Sequence record: PP496436.1
Strand: one strand, 5' to 3'
Length of the DNA: 64,000 bases
The number at the start of each line of letters is the position of its first letter. The stretch's first letter is position 1. Under the pieces are notes generated by a model. That model ran no database searches. It was not told the origin of the DNA and saw nothing but the letters and a program-made list of their open reading frames with translations. A program made the translations under genes and the position numbers. Positions 1 through 9,472 of the stretch are shown piece by piece.

Positions 1-267
1 GTTGGACTTTGAACCCACCTGATACAGTTTCTTGTCCACGGTGAGGATGACGGTCTCATACTTGTCGAACTCCGCATCCGTCACGACAGGCACACCAGCG
101 TAGTAGGCGTCTTTCAGCAGTAGGTAGGCGTCGGCTAACTGCTTCTTTGGCACTTCTTTAGCCGCTTCCACCTGCATGGCTTTGCTCAAACTGGAGATGA
201 TACCGAACACGAAGTCTTTCAGTTCTTGGCGACCTTTCTTGGTGCCTATGGTGAACTTGGTCGCCAT
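1..267 (-). CDS. ligA: NAD+-dependent DNA ligase, N-terminal part (runs off the window edge)
   Basis: Manual translation from ATG at 267: MATKFTIG...LLLKDAYYAGVPVVTDAEFDKYETVIL...LYQVGS. This matches the LigA domain Ia pattern AYY-x-G-x-P-xx-D-x-E-F/Y-D. Not in the ORF track. Confidence 0.7.
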   Translation of the reverse strand, partial: MATKFTIGTKKGRQELKDFVFGIISSLSKAMQVEAAKEVPKKQLADAYLLLKDAYYAGVPVVTDAEFDKYETVILTVDKKLYQVGSKSN

Positions 268-278
268 CTGGATCGTCC

Positions 279-863
279 TTATATGGGAATGGTGTCTATG
301 TCAGCGAACCGCTGCATGCACCACTTGACGTAGGGTTTTACCTGCTCTGGCCATCGCTTCGTATACCCACGGGCGTACAACTCTACCATGCCGGGCACAG
401 CTTCATAGTAGTTGCCGAAGGGATACACATCGAAGTTCTTGAGTTTTAAGCCGAGCAGCTGCATCAGTAATTTACCGTTCTGGATAGTCGTAGCATACGC
501 CGGATTATCATAGGTAAACCCCTTACGCCACTCGTTGAACTTCGGGTCTTGCGGGTTCTGGCCGAGCAAGGACAGCAGCAGGTCCCCGCTACGCAGTTGT
601 TGCAGTGTCGTCCCTTCCTTCTCCAGCAGTGCGTGTGTACACTCATGCAGCAAGGTGGCCCACGCTTTCGGCTCGGTGAAGAAGGAGTCCCGGAGTAGGC
701 AGGTGCCGCCGGTGAATGAAGCAGTAGGCTGGCCGTTGCCCGGAATCAACGTGAAGGTGTGAGTCCGTGCATAACCGTAGACGGGCGCCCGCATGTTCTG
801 CGGCATCTTGTCGATGATCTTCAGTAACGCCGAATTGTCAACCTCTGTCCCGCTTCGATCCAC
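279..863 (-). CDS. Putative zincin-like metallopeptidase (HEXXH)
   Basis: ATLLHECTHALL motif with a downstream Glu (YYEAVP). Start codon uncertain (GTG). Confidence 0.5.
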   Translation of the reverse strand: MDRSGTEVDNSALLKIIDKMPQNMRAPVYGYARTHTFTLIPGNGQPTASFTGGTCLLRDSFFTEPKAWATLLHECTHALLEKEGTTLQQLRSGDLLLSLLGQNPQDPKFNEWRKGFTYDNPAYATTIQNGKLLMQLLGLKLKNFDVYPFGNYYEAVPGMVELYARGYTKRWPEQVKPYVKWCMQRFADIDTIPI

Positions 864-868
864 CGTTG

Positions 869-1435
869 TTACTTTGGGACCTCGGCAACCTCCATCAGGT
901 GTGCCACTTCCGCAAAGTTCTCAGCGCTGGACAGGGCCGACATGCGTTCCCGGTACAGCTGAATCTCGATGGGTTCCTCCAGCTCTTTCAGGAACTTTTC
1001 CAGCTTGGTCTTGAACCGCTCAGTATACGGCTTCTGAATGGTGATGTGTGCCTTGTAGTCGGGGAACGTCGGCGCCGCACCGATACCCAGTAGCTGGTTG
1101 TGCAGGTCAGTCAGCTCCTTGCAGTTGACCAGCAGGACCAGAGTGTCATCCTTGGGGCCGAACACGTCAACACCTGTCACCTCCGCGGTGTACTTGTGCG
1201 ACGGGTTGAGAACGCCACGGGCTGCTACGTCGTCGATGGTTGACGAAGAGTACATCACGGTGCAGTGCAGTTCAGACATCGGCATCACGTCTGGCTCACG
1301 GTCGTAGCCGGACTTACTCAGCGTCAGCAACATCTTGGCGAGGGTCAGTTTGGAGTCCGGGTGGATCTTGACATCTACGTAAGAACCTTCCTTGATCAAC
1401 GACCGGGCCGTCTCCATTACCTTAACTGTTTTCAT
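869..1435 (-). CDS. acb1: 2H phosphoesterase, T4 gp57B / anti-CBASS Acb1-like
   Basis: Two HxT motifs (LHCTVMYS, YKAHITI). Colinear with T4 57B/Acb1 as I recall it: YVDVKI, TLVLLVNCKEL, GAAPTFPDYKAHITI, LYRER. Confidence 0.8.
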   Translation of the reverse strand: MKTVKVMETARSLIKEGSYVDVKIHPDSKLTLAKMLLTLSKSGYDREPDVMPMSELHCTVMYSSSTIDDVAARGVLNPSHKYTAEVTGVDVFGPKDDTLVLLVNCKELTDLHNQLLGIGAAPTFPDYKAHITIQKPYTERFKTKLEKFLKELEEPIEIQLYRERMSALSSAENFAEVAHLMEVAEVPK

Positions 1436-1976
1436 TGGTGAACCCCTCGAGTGGGAATAGCGTAGCCGTGGACTTGTCCGGGTTGATCTGAATACTCGCC
1501 GGGTTGACTTTCAGGTACTGCTTCAAGATCTTTTCGATCCGCAGCAAGTCAACGTTCTCTCCTTCCTTTTTCTCTACCCACGGCAGCATCACGTAGGAGT
1601 ACAGAGCGGGATTGATCAGGACTACGTTGAAGAATGCAGTGATGGCGTGGATCAAGGTGTTGCCATCGTGTTTGGTACTGGTCGGGTCTCCTTCCTTACT
1701 CCGGAGGATCACCCGAGGTTGGATAGTGTCGTAGGTGATAATCACCCCGAAACTGTCCGCAAGATTCGCTGGCACATTAACGCCTGCCGGGGCGCCGCGT
1801 GTCCAGAACGTAACGCGTGACTTGGTTCCGTCTGGGCGGTGGATTGTTGCCTTGGTGCAGTATTCCGAGGAAGTCCATAAGACCGGATAGGTCGGGAGGA
1901 TATCCACCTGGGGGATAGACTTTATCATGGTTGCCTCTAAGCCAACGGGGCCTTTCGACCCCGTGCCATTGTTCAC
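1422..1976 (-). CDS. Hypothetical protein
   Basis: 184-aa ORF overlapping its neighbours in an operon-like array. Confidence 0.6.
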   Translation of the reverse strand: MNNGTGSKGPVGLEATMIKSIPQVDILPTYPVLWTSSEYCTKATIHRPDGTKSRVTFWTRGAPAGVNVPANLADSFGVIITYDTIQPRVILRSKEGDPTSTKHDGNTLIHAITAFFNVVLINPALYSYVMLPWVEKKEGENVDLLRIEKILKQYLKVNPASIQINPDKSTATLFPLEGFTNENS

Positions 1977-3136
1977 TGGGGAACCAGAGGACTCAGTTTG
2001 GTCATGGTTTCCGACAGCTCTTTCAGGACGAATGCACGCTTGTCCTCCGGCAACTTCTTCATGCTGGATTGAAGCGAGGCGATCACCGCGATTGCCATCC
2101 CCAGTTCTTCCTGATACCGGCCCGTCCGGCCTTGGCGTGCACCGGACGTTTCGGTCTCGCCGTCGTCCACAATCAGACGTTCACCACAACGCTTACACCA
2201 CCGAGAGTCATCAGCGTTGTTCGCACCGCAGCGTGGACACTCGATTTCGTCGTCTTTAGGCGGGCCATCCAAGTCATCGCCTTCTTCTTCGAGTTCCTCA
2301 TCGGTCATCCGTGCCGGGGCGTCGGGATCCTCTTCGCTTTCCGGTTCCGCCGAATCTTCATCCTCCGTGGTTTCATCTTCGGTGTCGGGATCCTCTTCAG
2401 GATCAACTTCAGCCTCCGGGTCTTCCTCGGTTTCGGTGTCCGCTTCCGGATCATCCTCTTCCATTTCGGCGTCCGGATCCTCTTCTTCGGTGGACGCTTC
2501 ATCCTCGTCCGGTACTTCCGTTTCCTCTTCCTTCGCCTTTTTGTCCTTGGCTTTGGTCAGATTCTTGGAAGCTTCCTGCTCTTCATCCGTCGGGCGGAAC
2601 GTAGGATCTTCCGCGTCGTCGGTGAGGTCAGGAACGTCGGTGTCCATTGCGATTGGACGTTCCACGAAGAACGGGGAGTCCTCAGAGTTGCCGTAGGACC
2701 GCCCGTACCATGGGCTGGCCTCGTCAAGGATGTCCGGGATAAGCGACAGCTCGATCTCGCCCGTGCCTTTCAGGTTACCCCGTGCACGACCGATGATACC
2801 CACGCCAGACTTGGTTGGGCGGAAGCTCTGAACCGAACCCGTGTCATCCAAGACTACAGAGGTCATGTCAGCGGCAACCCGAGTAACCGTGCCGAGGTAG
2901 AACTCGGGGTTGGCCCAAGACTTGCCCATGTTGACCAGCACACGCTCGCCTTTGTTATAGCGAACGTAGTAGCCAACCTCCATGTGACGAATGGATGCCG
3001 CCAGCGTATGCACCTTGGTCCAGAAGCTCTTTCTCTCCTTGACCGGCACCTTGACGGCGGCGGTTACTTTGTATTGCGTCGAGACGCGATCCAGCGCTTG
3101 GCGGAAGGCCGCGTCCGAGGGATTGGCCATGGTCAT
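1973..3136 (-). CDS. Protein with long Asp/Glu-rich tract and a C4 zinc ribbon
   Basis: About 110-aa E/D/P-rich stretch followed by CPRCGANNADDSRWCKRCGERL. Confidence 0.7.
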   Translation of the reverse strand: MTMANPSDAAFRQALDRVSTQYKVTAAVKVPVKERKSFWTKVHTLAASIRHMEVGYYVRYNKGERVLVNMGKSWANPEFYLGTVTRVAADMTSVVLDDTGSVQSFRPTKSGVGIIGRARGNLKGTGEIELSLIPDILDEASPWYGRSYGNSEDSPFFVERPIAMDTDVPDLTDDAEDPTFRPTDEEQEASKNLTKAKDKKAKEEETEVPDEDEASTEEEDPDAEMEEDDPEADTETEEDPEAEVDPEEDPDTEDETTEDEDSAEPESEEDPDAPARMTDEELEEEGDDLDGPPKDDEIECPRCGANNADDSRWCKRCGERLIVDDGETETSGARQGRTGRYQEELGMAIAVIASLQSSMKKLPEDKRAFVLKELSETMTKLSPLVPQ

Positions 3137-3137
3137 C

Positions 3138-3968
3138 TTAAGCCACCGTCTGTTCGCTCAGCTGGTTATCCAGGTCCATGTAGAACTGGGGGTTGGCCTT
3201 GCAGAGTTCGCTGTAGTATTCCACAACGTCGCCCGATTGATCTTCAACCGGCATCGGGATGTTAGCCAGCGAATCTGCACCAGCCAGTTGCACGACGGAG
3301 ATCAGCTGACCCCGGTGCACGGACTCGGTCTGCATGGTGTCAGTCGAGTAGATCGTGTCGGCGGTGACCACGTAGCCGTAGTTAACCGAATCGGTCTCGG
3401 TGGAGAAGAACGAAGCGTATACGGCGTTACGTGGATCAGGCATAACGTCTAGCAGAGGCATAACGTCTGCCACGTGCTTGGCGCCCCGGTCTTCTACCGC
3501 AGCCATGCTGACCAGATCTGCCAGCTGGTGATTGGATGCACGGGACAAGGTGTGGGCACCCGACTCGGCGATGGTCAGGTCCCACAGGGTGTGGTCCACG
3601 TTGTCCATCATCACGTTACCCGCCATCTCGCGATAACGAGCGGTCTCGGCGTTGGTTCCGATCTCATCCTTGTTGATGCCACGAATCTCGCGGTTCAGGG
3701 CGAGGAAGCCGCTGACTTCGATGGCCGAAGAGTGGGCACCGCGACCGATCACGGTGAAAGACTCGGTGACCGGGCTGATGCGATTGTCGAAAGCCTTGGC
3801 GATGGCTACGCGAGCCTCTTCAACGGACTTCGGTGCCTTGCTGAACTTGCCGACGACGCGAGCCGTGGAATCGTTGATCACCAGAGCACTGGTCACACTG
3901 AAAACTGGAGCCATACCAGTCTTCATCTTAACGTGGTCGGTGACTTTATTCATATCAAGACGTGCCAT
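3138..3968 (-). CDS. Hypothetical protein, probably virion-associated
   Basis: 276-aa ORF with RBS (GGAG), in the morphogenesis strand block. Confidence 0.6.
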   Translation of the reverse strand: MARLDMNKVTDHVKMKTGMAPVFSVTSALVINDSTARVVGKFSKAPKSVEEARVAIAKAFDNRISPVTESFTVIGRGAHSSAIEVSGFLALNREIRGINKDEIGTNAETARYREMAGNVMMDNVDHTLWDLTIAESGAHTLSRASNHQLADLVSMAAVEDRGAKHVADVMPLLDVMPDPRNAVYASFFSTETDSVNYGYVVTADTIYSTDTMQTESVHRGQLISVVQLAGADSLANIPMPVEDQSGDVVEYYSELCKANPQFYMDLDNQLSEQTVA

Positions 3969-3987
3969 TTGTGTATCTCCTAGGGAG

Positions 3988-4710
3988 TTATCGAGGGAAG
4001 TTGTTCAGTCGGGAATCCAGAGCGCCCCAGTAGGAACTCAAGGGACCAGCAGATACACCAGTTGCGCCGGGCACATGCTTGCGCCGACCTTTACCGTTGC
4101 CACCCGCCTCACTTCCGTCACCTTTGGTAATCCCTACCCGGTTCAAGAAGGTCTTGATGCTCTCGACGTTCGCTTGAATGTAATCCATTACACTCTGATC
4201 CTGCGACTCGAGGTATTGCGTCATGTCCATGGTCAACTGGACCGCCGCGCCTTGGTAATCGAACTGGGTTCGACCTTCGTCCATGTACATCGTTCTCAGG
4301 GCGACGTGCTCGGCGTATTTGATCCACAGAGCGTAGATAGCGCCTTGAGCATTGATCATCGAGAACCCAGTAGGAATGACCGCACCGTTGAACATGTCCC
4401 TGCCTGCTTTGAGGCAGTTCAGGTAATCCTCATCGGTGAACGCCAAGTCATCCAGACGAAGCTTGCTGTTGATCCGATTGGTGAACTGTCGCAGCTCATC
4501 TATCGCCGTCAACATCGACGGATTGATCATATACAGTCTCTGTGTACTGTAATTAGTGCTGCCTTGCTGCTTGTACACCACCTGATAGGGCTCGAAGTTG
4601 GGCAGCAGGGTATTGGCGGGCAGCACGGCTGACACCTTCCCATTCGCTGCAACGTCGGCCACCAGTGACGACCTCAGCAAGTTGTCGAAATAAACCTCGA
4701 TGTTGATCAT
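3988..4710 (-). CDS. Putative virion structural protein (possible head-tail connector)
   Basis: 240 aa, located in the structural cluster. The function is inferred from position and size only. Confidence 0.4.
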   Translation of the reverse strand: MINIEVYFDNLLRSSLVADVAANGKVSAVLPANTLLPNFEPYQVVYKQQGSTNYSTQRLYMINPSMLTAIDELRQFTNRINSKLRLDDLAFTDEDYLNCLKAGRDMFNGAVIPTGFSMINAQGAIYALWIKYAEHVALRTMYMDEGRTQFDYQGAAVQLTMDMTQYLESQDQSVMDYIQANVESIKTFLNRVGITKGDGSEAGGNGKGRRKHVPGATGVSAGPLSSYWGALDSRLNNFPR

Positions 4711-5861
4711 ACGGGAACCTCCGGAAGTGCCGTGGTCAGTTCGATCACCTTTACCGGAGTGAGTGGTTGCACATCCTGACCGGATAGGGGTGGACTCTCA
4801 ATCGTCAGATAAGCTTCGGCGAAAGGCCCCAGCGGATACGCGGTGAAGTACAGCGGCAGGTTAAACTCCGAGCTGGCCGACCCAATGACCACGGAGAACA
4901 TCTGATCCGTGAAGTCGATACCCGCATGCCCGGAACCACCTGGGGTATTACGCAAGTGCACGCCGAGGGTGTAGGGTTCGATCAGTCCTTGCCCTGCAGA
5001 GTCCAGTACGGTCACCTTGAGCACTTCATCGCCGGGCGACAGCTTGCCAAAAGACACGGACAAGTAGCGCGGAACCTCTTCGTCCTCATGGGGTTGTCGG
5101 GCGATAAGACGGGTGCGTTCGTCCGGGATACCCGTACCCACTGGTGCCTTGAATGTAAGCATCGCATGGTCTACGATGCCGCTGGTGCCAGGCGAACTTA
5201 GGTCAATGCTCTGACTCGGAAGGATCAAGGTGGTAGTGAGTTTGAACGCCGGAATGGTCACACTGCCTTGGATCGACTCGATGTACCCCGGATCTACCGA
5301 TACGTCACCGGCCAACACGGGCGGCAGCTGTCTGGTGGTATAGTTCAGGAAAAGATCCTGCGCATACACCTGGGACAGCGCCAGCGTCAACTGGAACGGT
5401 TGACCTCGAATGACTTCCTGAGACGCGGGAGCAATGACCCGCAGGTTGGTAGTGTTGGCATCTTGGTCACTGGCGAACGCCAGCGTGGTGGACAGCTCCA
5501 CGTCTTGGTTGAACAATGCCACCAGTACGGAAGATCCACCCTGTTCCAGATCGACGGTCACTTGAATATCGGTGGATCCGTCTTCATCGATGCCGACCAG
5601 TTCATCCTTGAGGAAGAAGTCAATCGTCAGCGAGTCATAGCTGGTATCTGGCACCACGATGTTGGCCGTCACCTTGACCCGGTAGCGGTTACCCGACGGT
5701 AACTTCTTGACGGATGTTACCAGTGCGGGTTCTTCCCCGGCCAGCAGTGCACCAACCTCATCGCTCACCGCGTAGTGCACGTGTAGGTTGTCGCTGGGTT
5801 GCTTGTCGATCAGGAAGGTGTAGCTAAGGGGCACGGTGTCCCCAACGGTGTAGGTTGTCAT
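4707..5861 (-). CDS. Putative virion protein with Calx-beta/Ig-like beta-rich segments
   Basis: GSVTIPAFKLTTTLILP and AGIDFTDQMFSVVIGSASSEFNLPL resemble Calx-beta strand patterns. Confidence 0.4.
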   Translation of the reverse strand: MTTYTVGDTVPLSYTFLIDKQPSDNLHVHYAVSDEVGALLAGEEPALVTSVKKLPSGNRYRVKVTANIVVPDTSYDSLTIDFFLKDELVGIDEDGSTDIQVTVDLEQGGSSVLVALFNQDVELSTTLAFASDQDANTTNLRVIAPASQEVIRGQPFQLTLALSQVYAQDLFLNYTTRQLPPVLAGDVSVDPGYIESIQGSVTIPAFKLTTTLILPSQSIDLSSPGTSGIVDHAMLTFKAPVGTGIPDERTRLIARQPHEDEEVPRYLSVSFGKLSPGDEVLKVTVLDSAGQGLIEPYTLGVHLRNTPGGSGHAGIDFTDQMFSVVIGSASSEFNLPLYFTAYPLGPFAEAYLTIESPPLSGQDVQPLTPVKVIELTTALPEVPV

Positions 5862-6295
5862 TGGCCTGACTCCGGTAGGGCGAAGACAATTGGAACCTCA
5901 TGTTCCTCGGACAGGTCATTCAACGAGTAACGCACCAGTTCCTTGAGCCAGCGATAGGTCTTGCCGTTGAAGTACCGGTATCGGCCTTCGATCAGGGTGG
6001 GTGTGTAATCGGAATTCAGGTCAGCGATGATGGTGTCCGCCATGTCGCCGTTGTCTTCCCGCACTTGCCGCACTAGAATGCTGTGCAGAACCCACACGTT
6101 GTTACTGTTCTTGTTGTCCCCCAGTAGGACTAACTCATCTGTGGGTAGTGCCAGCCCCTGCGCCAGATAAGTGGACACTGGGGCATGCGTGGGGGATTTG
6201 GTAAACGTCTGGCCGGGTAACCCGAACGACAAGGTTGTCGTTAAACGCCTCAAGTACTGAGGGCGGGTCAACGGCTGCGGGGCGATCTTGATCAT
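5858..6295 (-). CDS. Hypothetical protein (145 aa)
   Basis: Start re-assigned to ATG 6295 (MIKIAPQP), which forms an ATGA overlap with the upstream stop. The longer track ORF overlaps 6292..7047. Confidence 0.65.
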   Translation of the reverse strand: MIKIAPQPLTRPQYLRRLTTTLSFGLPGQTFTKSPTHAPVSTYLAQGLALPTDELVLLGDNKNSNNVWVLHSILVRQVREDNGDMADTIIADLNSDYTPTLIEGRYRYFNGKTYRWLKELVRYSLNDLSEEHEVPIVFALPESGQ

Positions 6296-7047
6296 ACTAA
6301 ATCGTACCTCGACAGTTGATGAACCACCGACGCACCGATGCTGTTCAGGTTGATACGATCCCCCGGATGGAAGGCACCTGCGTGGGTGTACACGGGCAAC
6401 AGGTTGAGCCATGCGTGGCCCATCTCCGGTACATACGTCAGCACCAGTACTACCTGATTGAACGTGTGCGTGCCAGAGGCTTCTTCGGGGAAGTTGATCT
6501 GATAAAACATGGTGAAGCGCGTGTGGTTGCGATTGTTCAGCAGGTGATCCACGCTGCCGTCCACACTGATCGAGGTGAAGTGCTGGTTCAGATACCCGAG
6601 TACTTCCTCGTTCAATCTGGCCAGCTCCGCGTTTTCCTCGTTCAGCAGATTGGTGTAGCAATCGGCGATGGTGTCGATGATGTGTTTGCGCGTTGCACGC
6701 AATCCCTTCTCGATAGTTTCCACCACCTTCTCATTGTCGAGCCCGGTGTACACGGAGTTCTCGGGAAGGTGCTTGCGAACGTGGTTACGCAGCTGGGTCA
6801 GCAAGGTGAACGCGGATGTCATCGAGGCCAGTTGAATGAACGCGGCATCGGTGTTGTGCGTTGAACCTTCATCCAGCGTAGAGTCAATCACCTGGGTGTT
6901 GTGCCCCGGTTCCTCCACGTACGCCTGCAGCAGCGGATTGATTACGTCTTTGGTGATCGGATACTTCAACAACCCCTCAACCACGCCCAGTGCTTCGGGC
7001 AAGGTACGGATATTGCCGATGCTCTCCATATCTACATGCTTAGTCAT
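6292..7047 (-). CDS. Hypothetical protein
   Basis: 251-aa ORF coupled to both neighbours. Confidence 0.65.
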   Translation of the reverse strand: MTKHVDMESIGNIRTLPEALGVVEGLLKYPITKDVINPLLQAYVEEPGHNTQVIDSTLDEGSTHNTDAAFIQLASMTSAFTLLTQLRNHVRKHLPENSVYTGLDNEKVVETIEKGLRATRKHIIDTIADCYTNLLNEENAELARLNEEVLGYLNQHFTSISVDGSVDHLLNNRNHTRFTMFYQINFPEEASGTHTFNQVVLVLTYVPEMGHAWLNLLPVYTHAGAFHPGDRINLNSIGASVVHQLSRYDLV

Positions 7048-7048
7048 A

Positions 7049-8215
7049 TCACAGGATTCCGTTGAACACTTCCTGAGGTTGGATCAACCGGGCCGTCAGC
7101 TCGATGAAGATCACGGTATCCCCTTTGGAGTTGAGCTGGGGACGAGAGCTGGTTACGTACCACACTCTGTTGTATTTGAAGTCCCGGATCAGCGAGTGCT
7201 TGCCGATGTTCGAGACGTAGGAAGGAACGCTAACCTCGATGTCCGGGCTGTCGTCACCGGTGAGAGATTTGCTGAACGTCGCCACGTCAACCTGCGGGAA
7301 GTCGATACGGACCCGCACGCCTTGGCAGTCGAAGTTGGCTTCGAAGTGCGTGAACTCTTCGTCGCATGTTACCCGGAGGATGTGGGGAAGACCATCTGCC
7401 AAGTCGGCCAGTGATGCCACGGGGGTTGTCACGTCTGTAACCACGGTTGCCAAGGTGAAGCCCTTGATCTCCTCCGTATTGTTCATCAGACGATAGCTGA
7501 ACAGGTTGCCGCCTTTCGGCACGATCATGTTGAAGTCCACGTAACCACCGTCAACGTCTGTCGAAGCCAGCGCGAAAGAGTAAGGGCTGGCAATGGTGTT
7601 GACGCGGAAGTCCGACATGCCTACCTGATCACCCACGGTAAGCAGTAGGTGATACCCGCGATAGATCGAATAACCTTTGATGTAGCCCGTGCTAAGGCAA
7701 ACGCCGCACGTGTTACCACCTGACTCAAGGAAGTCGTCGCCCATGAACTCTTCATCGAACCGGAGTTCATCGTCGTCATCGATGTCAGTCTCGTCTTCAT
7801 CCGTGAGCGGATCATCTACTACCATGGTCTGATCGAAGTCAACATCCCCTGCGCGGAACGACTTGCGCCTTTTCAGGTCGTTAGCGGAGCCCCGGCCAAC
7901 GGGTTCCACTGCTCTGGACTCAAGTTCCTCTTCTTCCTTGTCCAGTTCGTCGGCGTTGTTGAAGAAGTTGTTGAGCTGATCGTTGCTCAGGTTGCCCTTC
8001 TTGTCCAGCAGTGGGGCACCTGATTGGCACGTGCACCGGCGACCGGCACGGATGAACGGATAGAGGATAGCGTCGATGCCAGATGCTTCAATGGCAATGT
8101 CCGTCTCCTTCCGTTTACGCTCTTCATAGTAGGCCACGCCTTGTTCCACGGGTGTCCGTAATCGTTGATTTCGGGCAGTGGAGACTTGCCGGGGCGAGGG
8201 TGTGTATCTAGGCAT
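7049..8215 (-). CDS. Putative virion/neck protein with Cys motifs
   Basis: RRCTCQ...CGVCLSTGYIKGY with an acidic insert between the Cys pairs. First gene of the minus block, with GAGG RBS. Confidence 0.45.
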   Translation of the reverse strand: MPRYTPSPRQVSTARNQRLRTPVEQGVAYYEERKRKETDIAIEASGIDAILYPFIRAGRRCTCQSGAPLLDKKGNLSNDQLNNFFNNADELDKEEEELESRAVEPVGRGSANDLKRRKSFRAGDVDFDQTMVVDDPLTDEDETDIDDDDELRFDEEFMGDDFLESGGNTCGVCLSTGYIKGYSIYRGYHLLLTVGDQVGMSDFRVNTIASPYSFALASTDVDGGYVDFNMIVPKGGNLFSYRLMNNTEEIKGFTLATVVTDVTTPVASLADLADGLPHILRVTCDEEFTHFEANFDCQGVRVRIDFPQVDVATFSKSLTGDDSPDIEVSVPSYVSNIGKHSLIRDFKYNRVWYVTSSRPQLNSKGDTVIFIELTARLIQPQEVFNGIL

Positions 8216-8340
8216 GAAAACCTCACACTAATTACATACATACCGGAAAATCAACGGTAAATGATGGGTATAACGTCATATTCCGAATTAGCATCTTTTG
8301 TCCGGTTTCCTTACTACTCAAAAATCTAGGATCGGTCACT

Positions 8341-9081
8341 ATGCACAGTCAAATAACGGAGGTTTATTCGCTAGGATTTGACCCCGGAAAGAACAACTTT
8401 GCTTGGACCTTCACGCTGACTACCAACGTCGGCGGCAAGCTGGTGCCAGAGATCCTTGAAATGGGATACGTCCTCAGTCCTTTGAAGAACCTGACCGAAG
8501 ACAACCTGATGGAAGGCACCGAGCATTTCTTCTTCGACATGCGTATCCTCCTGCTCATGCTCCTGCAGAAGTATGGCCGCATCGATATCGTCGTAGCGGA
8601 ACGGTTTCAGGCTCGCGGCCAGAAGACCGGCACTACCAGTGAGGTGGTCAGCATGATGATCGGCTTACTGATCCGCTGCATCCGAGAGTGTCACATCAGT
8701 CCAGATGTTCGGTTGGTTATTGCCAGCAGCTGGAAGAACAGTTACAACCGCTGCCTAGATGACAAGGAAGCTTTGCGTACTGCATACAAGCTGTGCCGTG
8801 CTGAAGCGCATGAACTCGACGCCAGCTTGATCTCCCTGTACGGAGCCAACAAGGTAATACAGCGATCCCTTGAATCATCTGGGTCCAAACGAATCGTAGC
8901 GTCTACCGCCCCGAACGTGTTCAAGCATTTCGTCAGTGAGGTAGCCCGCGACTTGTGGCTGTCCATCGTGGAATGCAAGACCGGGGGCCAATTGGTTAAC
9001 CGAAAGGCCAAGCGCAAATATCACGCTGAGGCACCGAATGAGCAAAGCCGAAAGAAGGCCGCAAGCCATAGTCCAGCTTGA
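8341..9081 (+). CDS. ruvC: RuvC-like Holliday junction resolvase
   Basis: RNase H-fold acidic motifs: LGFDPGKNNFAW, VVAERFQ, SSWK, HELDAS. Confidence 0.7.
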   Translation: MHSQITEVYSLGFDPGKNNFAWTFTLTTNVGGKLVPEILEMGYVLSPLKNLTEDNLMEGTEHFFFDMRILLLMLLQKYGRIDIVVAERFQARGQKTGTTSEVVSMMIGLLIRCIRECHISPDVRLVIASSWKNSYNRCLDDKEALRTAYKLCRAEAHELDASLISLYGANKVIQRSLESSGSKRIVASTAPNVFKHFVSEVARDLWLSIVECKTGGQLVNRKAKRKYHAEAPNEQSRKKAASHSPA

Positions 9082-9472
9082 TCAGGAACATGCCGTCCGA
9101 GATAGCATTCCTGAGAAGCTGGCTGTACAACGCCGACTGGAAGGTGAGTTCCGCATCACCCACATCCTGATCCTTGACCGGTACCTGGAGTGGTTGAAGG
9201 ATCGAAACCTTCCAGTGTATTCCGACGAAGATCTACGTCCACTGGATAATCTGTTCCACGAATACCCGTTCAATGGGGGTCACTTCCCTCAGAACTATAG
9301 CTTATTAATTGCAGCGTTCAGTAGAGAGTACTGGCGCTTGTTCGTAGCAGAAACCGACATCGAAGCTGACCTGACTTCGGTGCTGGGGATCCCGCCGAGA
9401 TTGTTTCAGCAACTCAGCACACTCAGGTTACAGCTAGTCCGCAGACACCACACTCCGAATTACCGCAAATGA
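9038..9472 (+). CDS. Hypothetical protein
   Basis: 144-aa ORF overlapping its neighbours. Confidence 0.55.
   Translation: MSKAERRPQAIVQLDQEHAVRDSIPEKLAVQRRLEGEFRITHILILDRYLEWLKDRNLPVYSDEDLRPLDNLFHEYPFNGGHFPQNYSLLIAAFSREYWRLFVAETDIEADLTSVLGIPPRLFQQLSTLRLQLVRRHHTPNYRK

Noticed and set aside
2280-2560. CRISPR-like or tandem DNA repeat (GGATCCTCTTC-like units)
   Set aside because: The units are irregular and are explained by the repeated EEDP codons of the acidic protein.
8341-9081. RuvC-containing CRISPR effector or TnpB
   Set aside because: Only 246 aa with contiguous resolvase motifs, no Zn finger or bridge helix, and no repeat-spacer array or IS ends.
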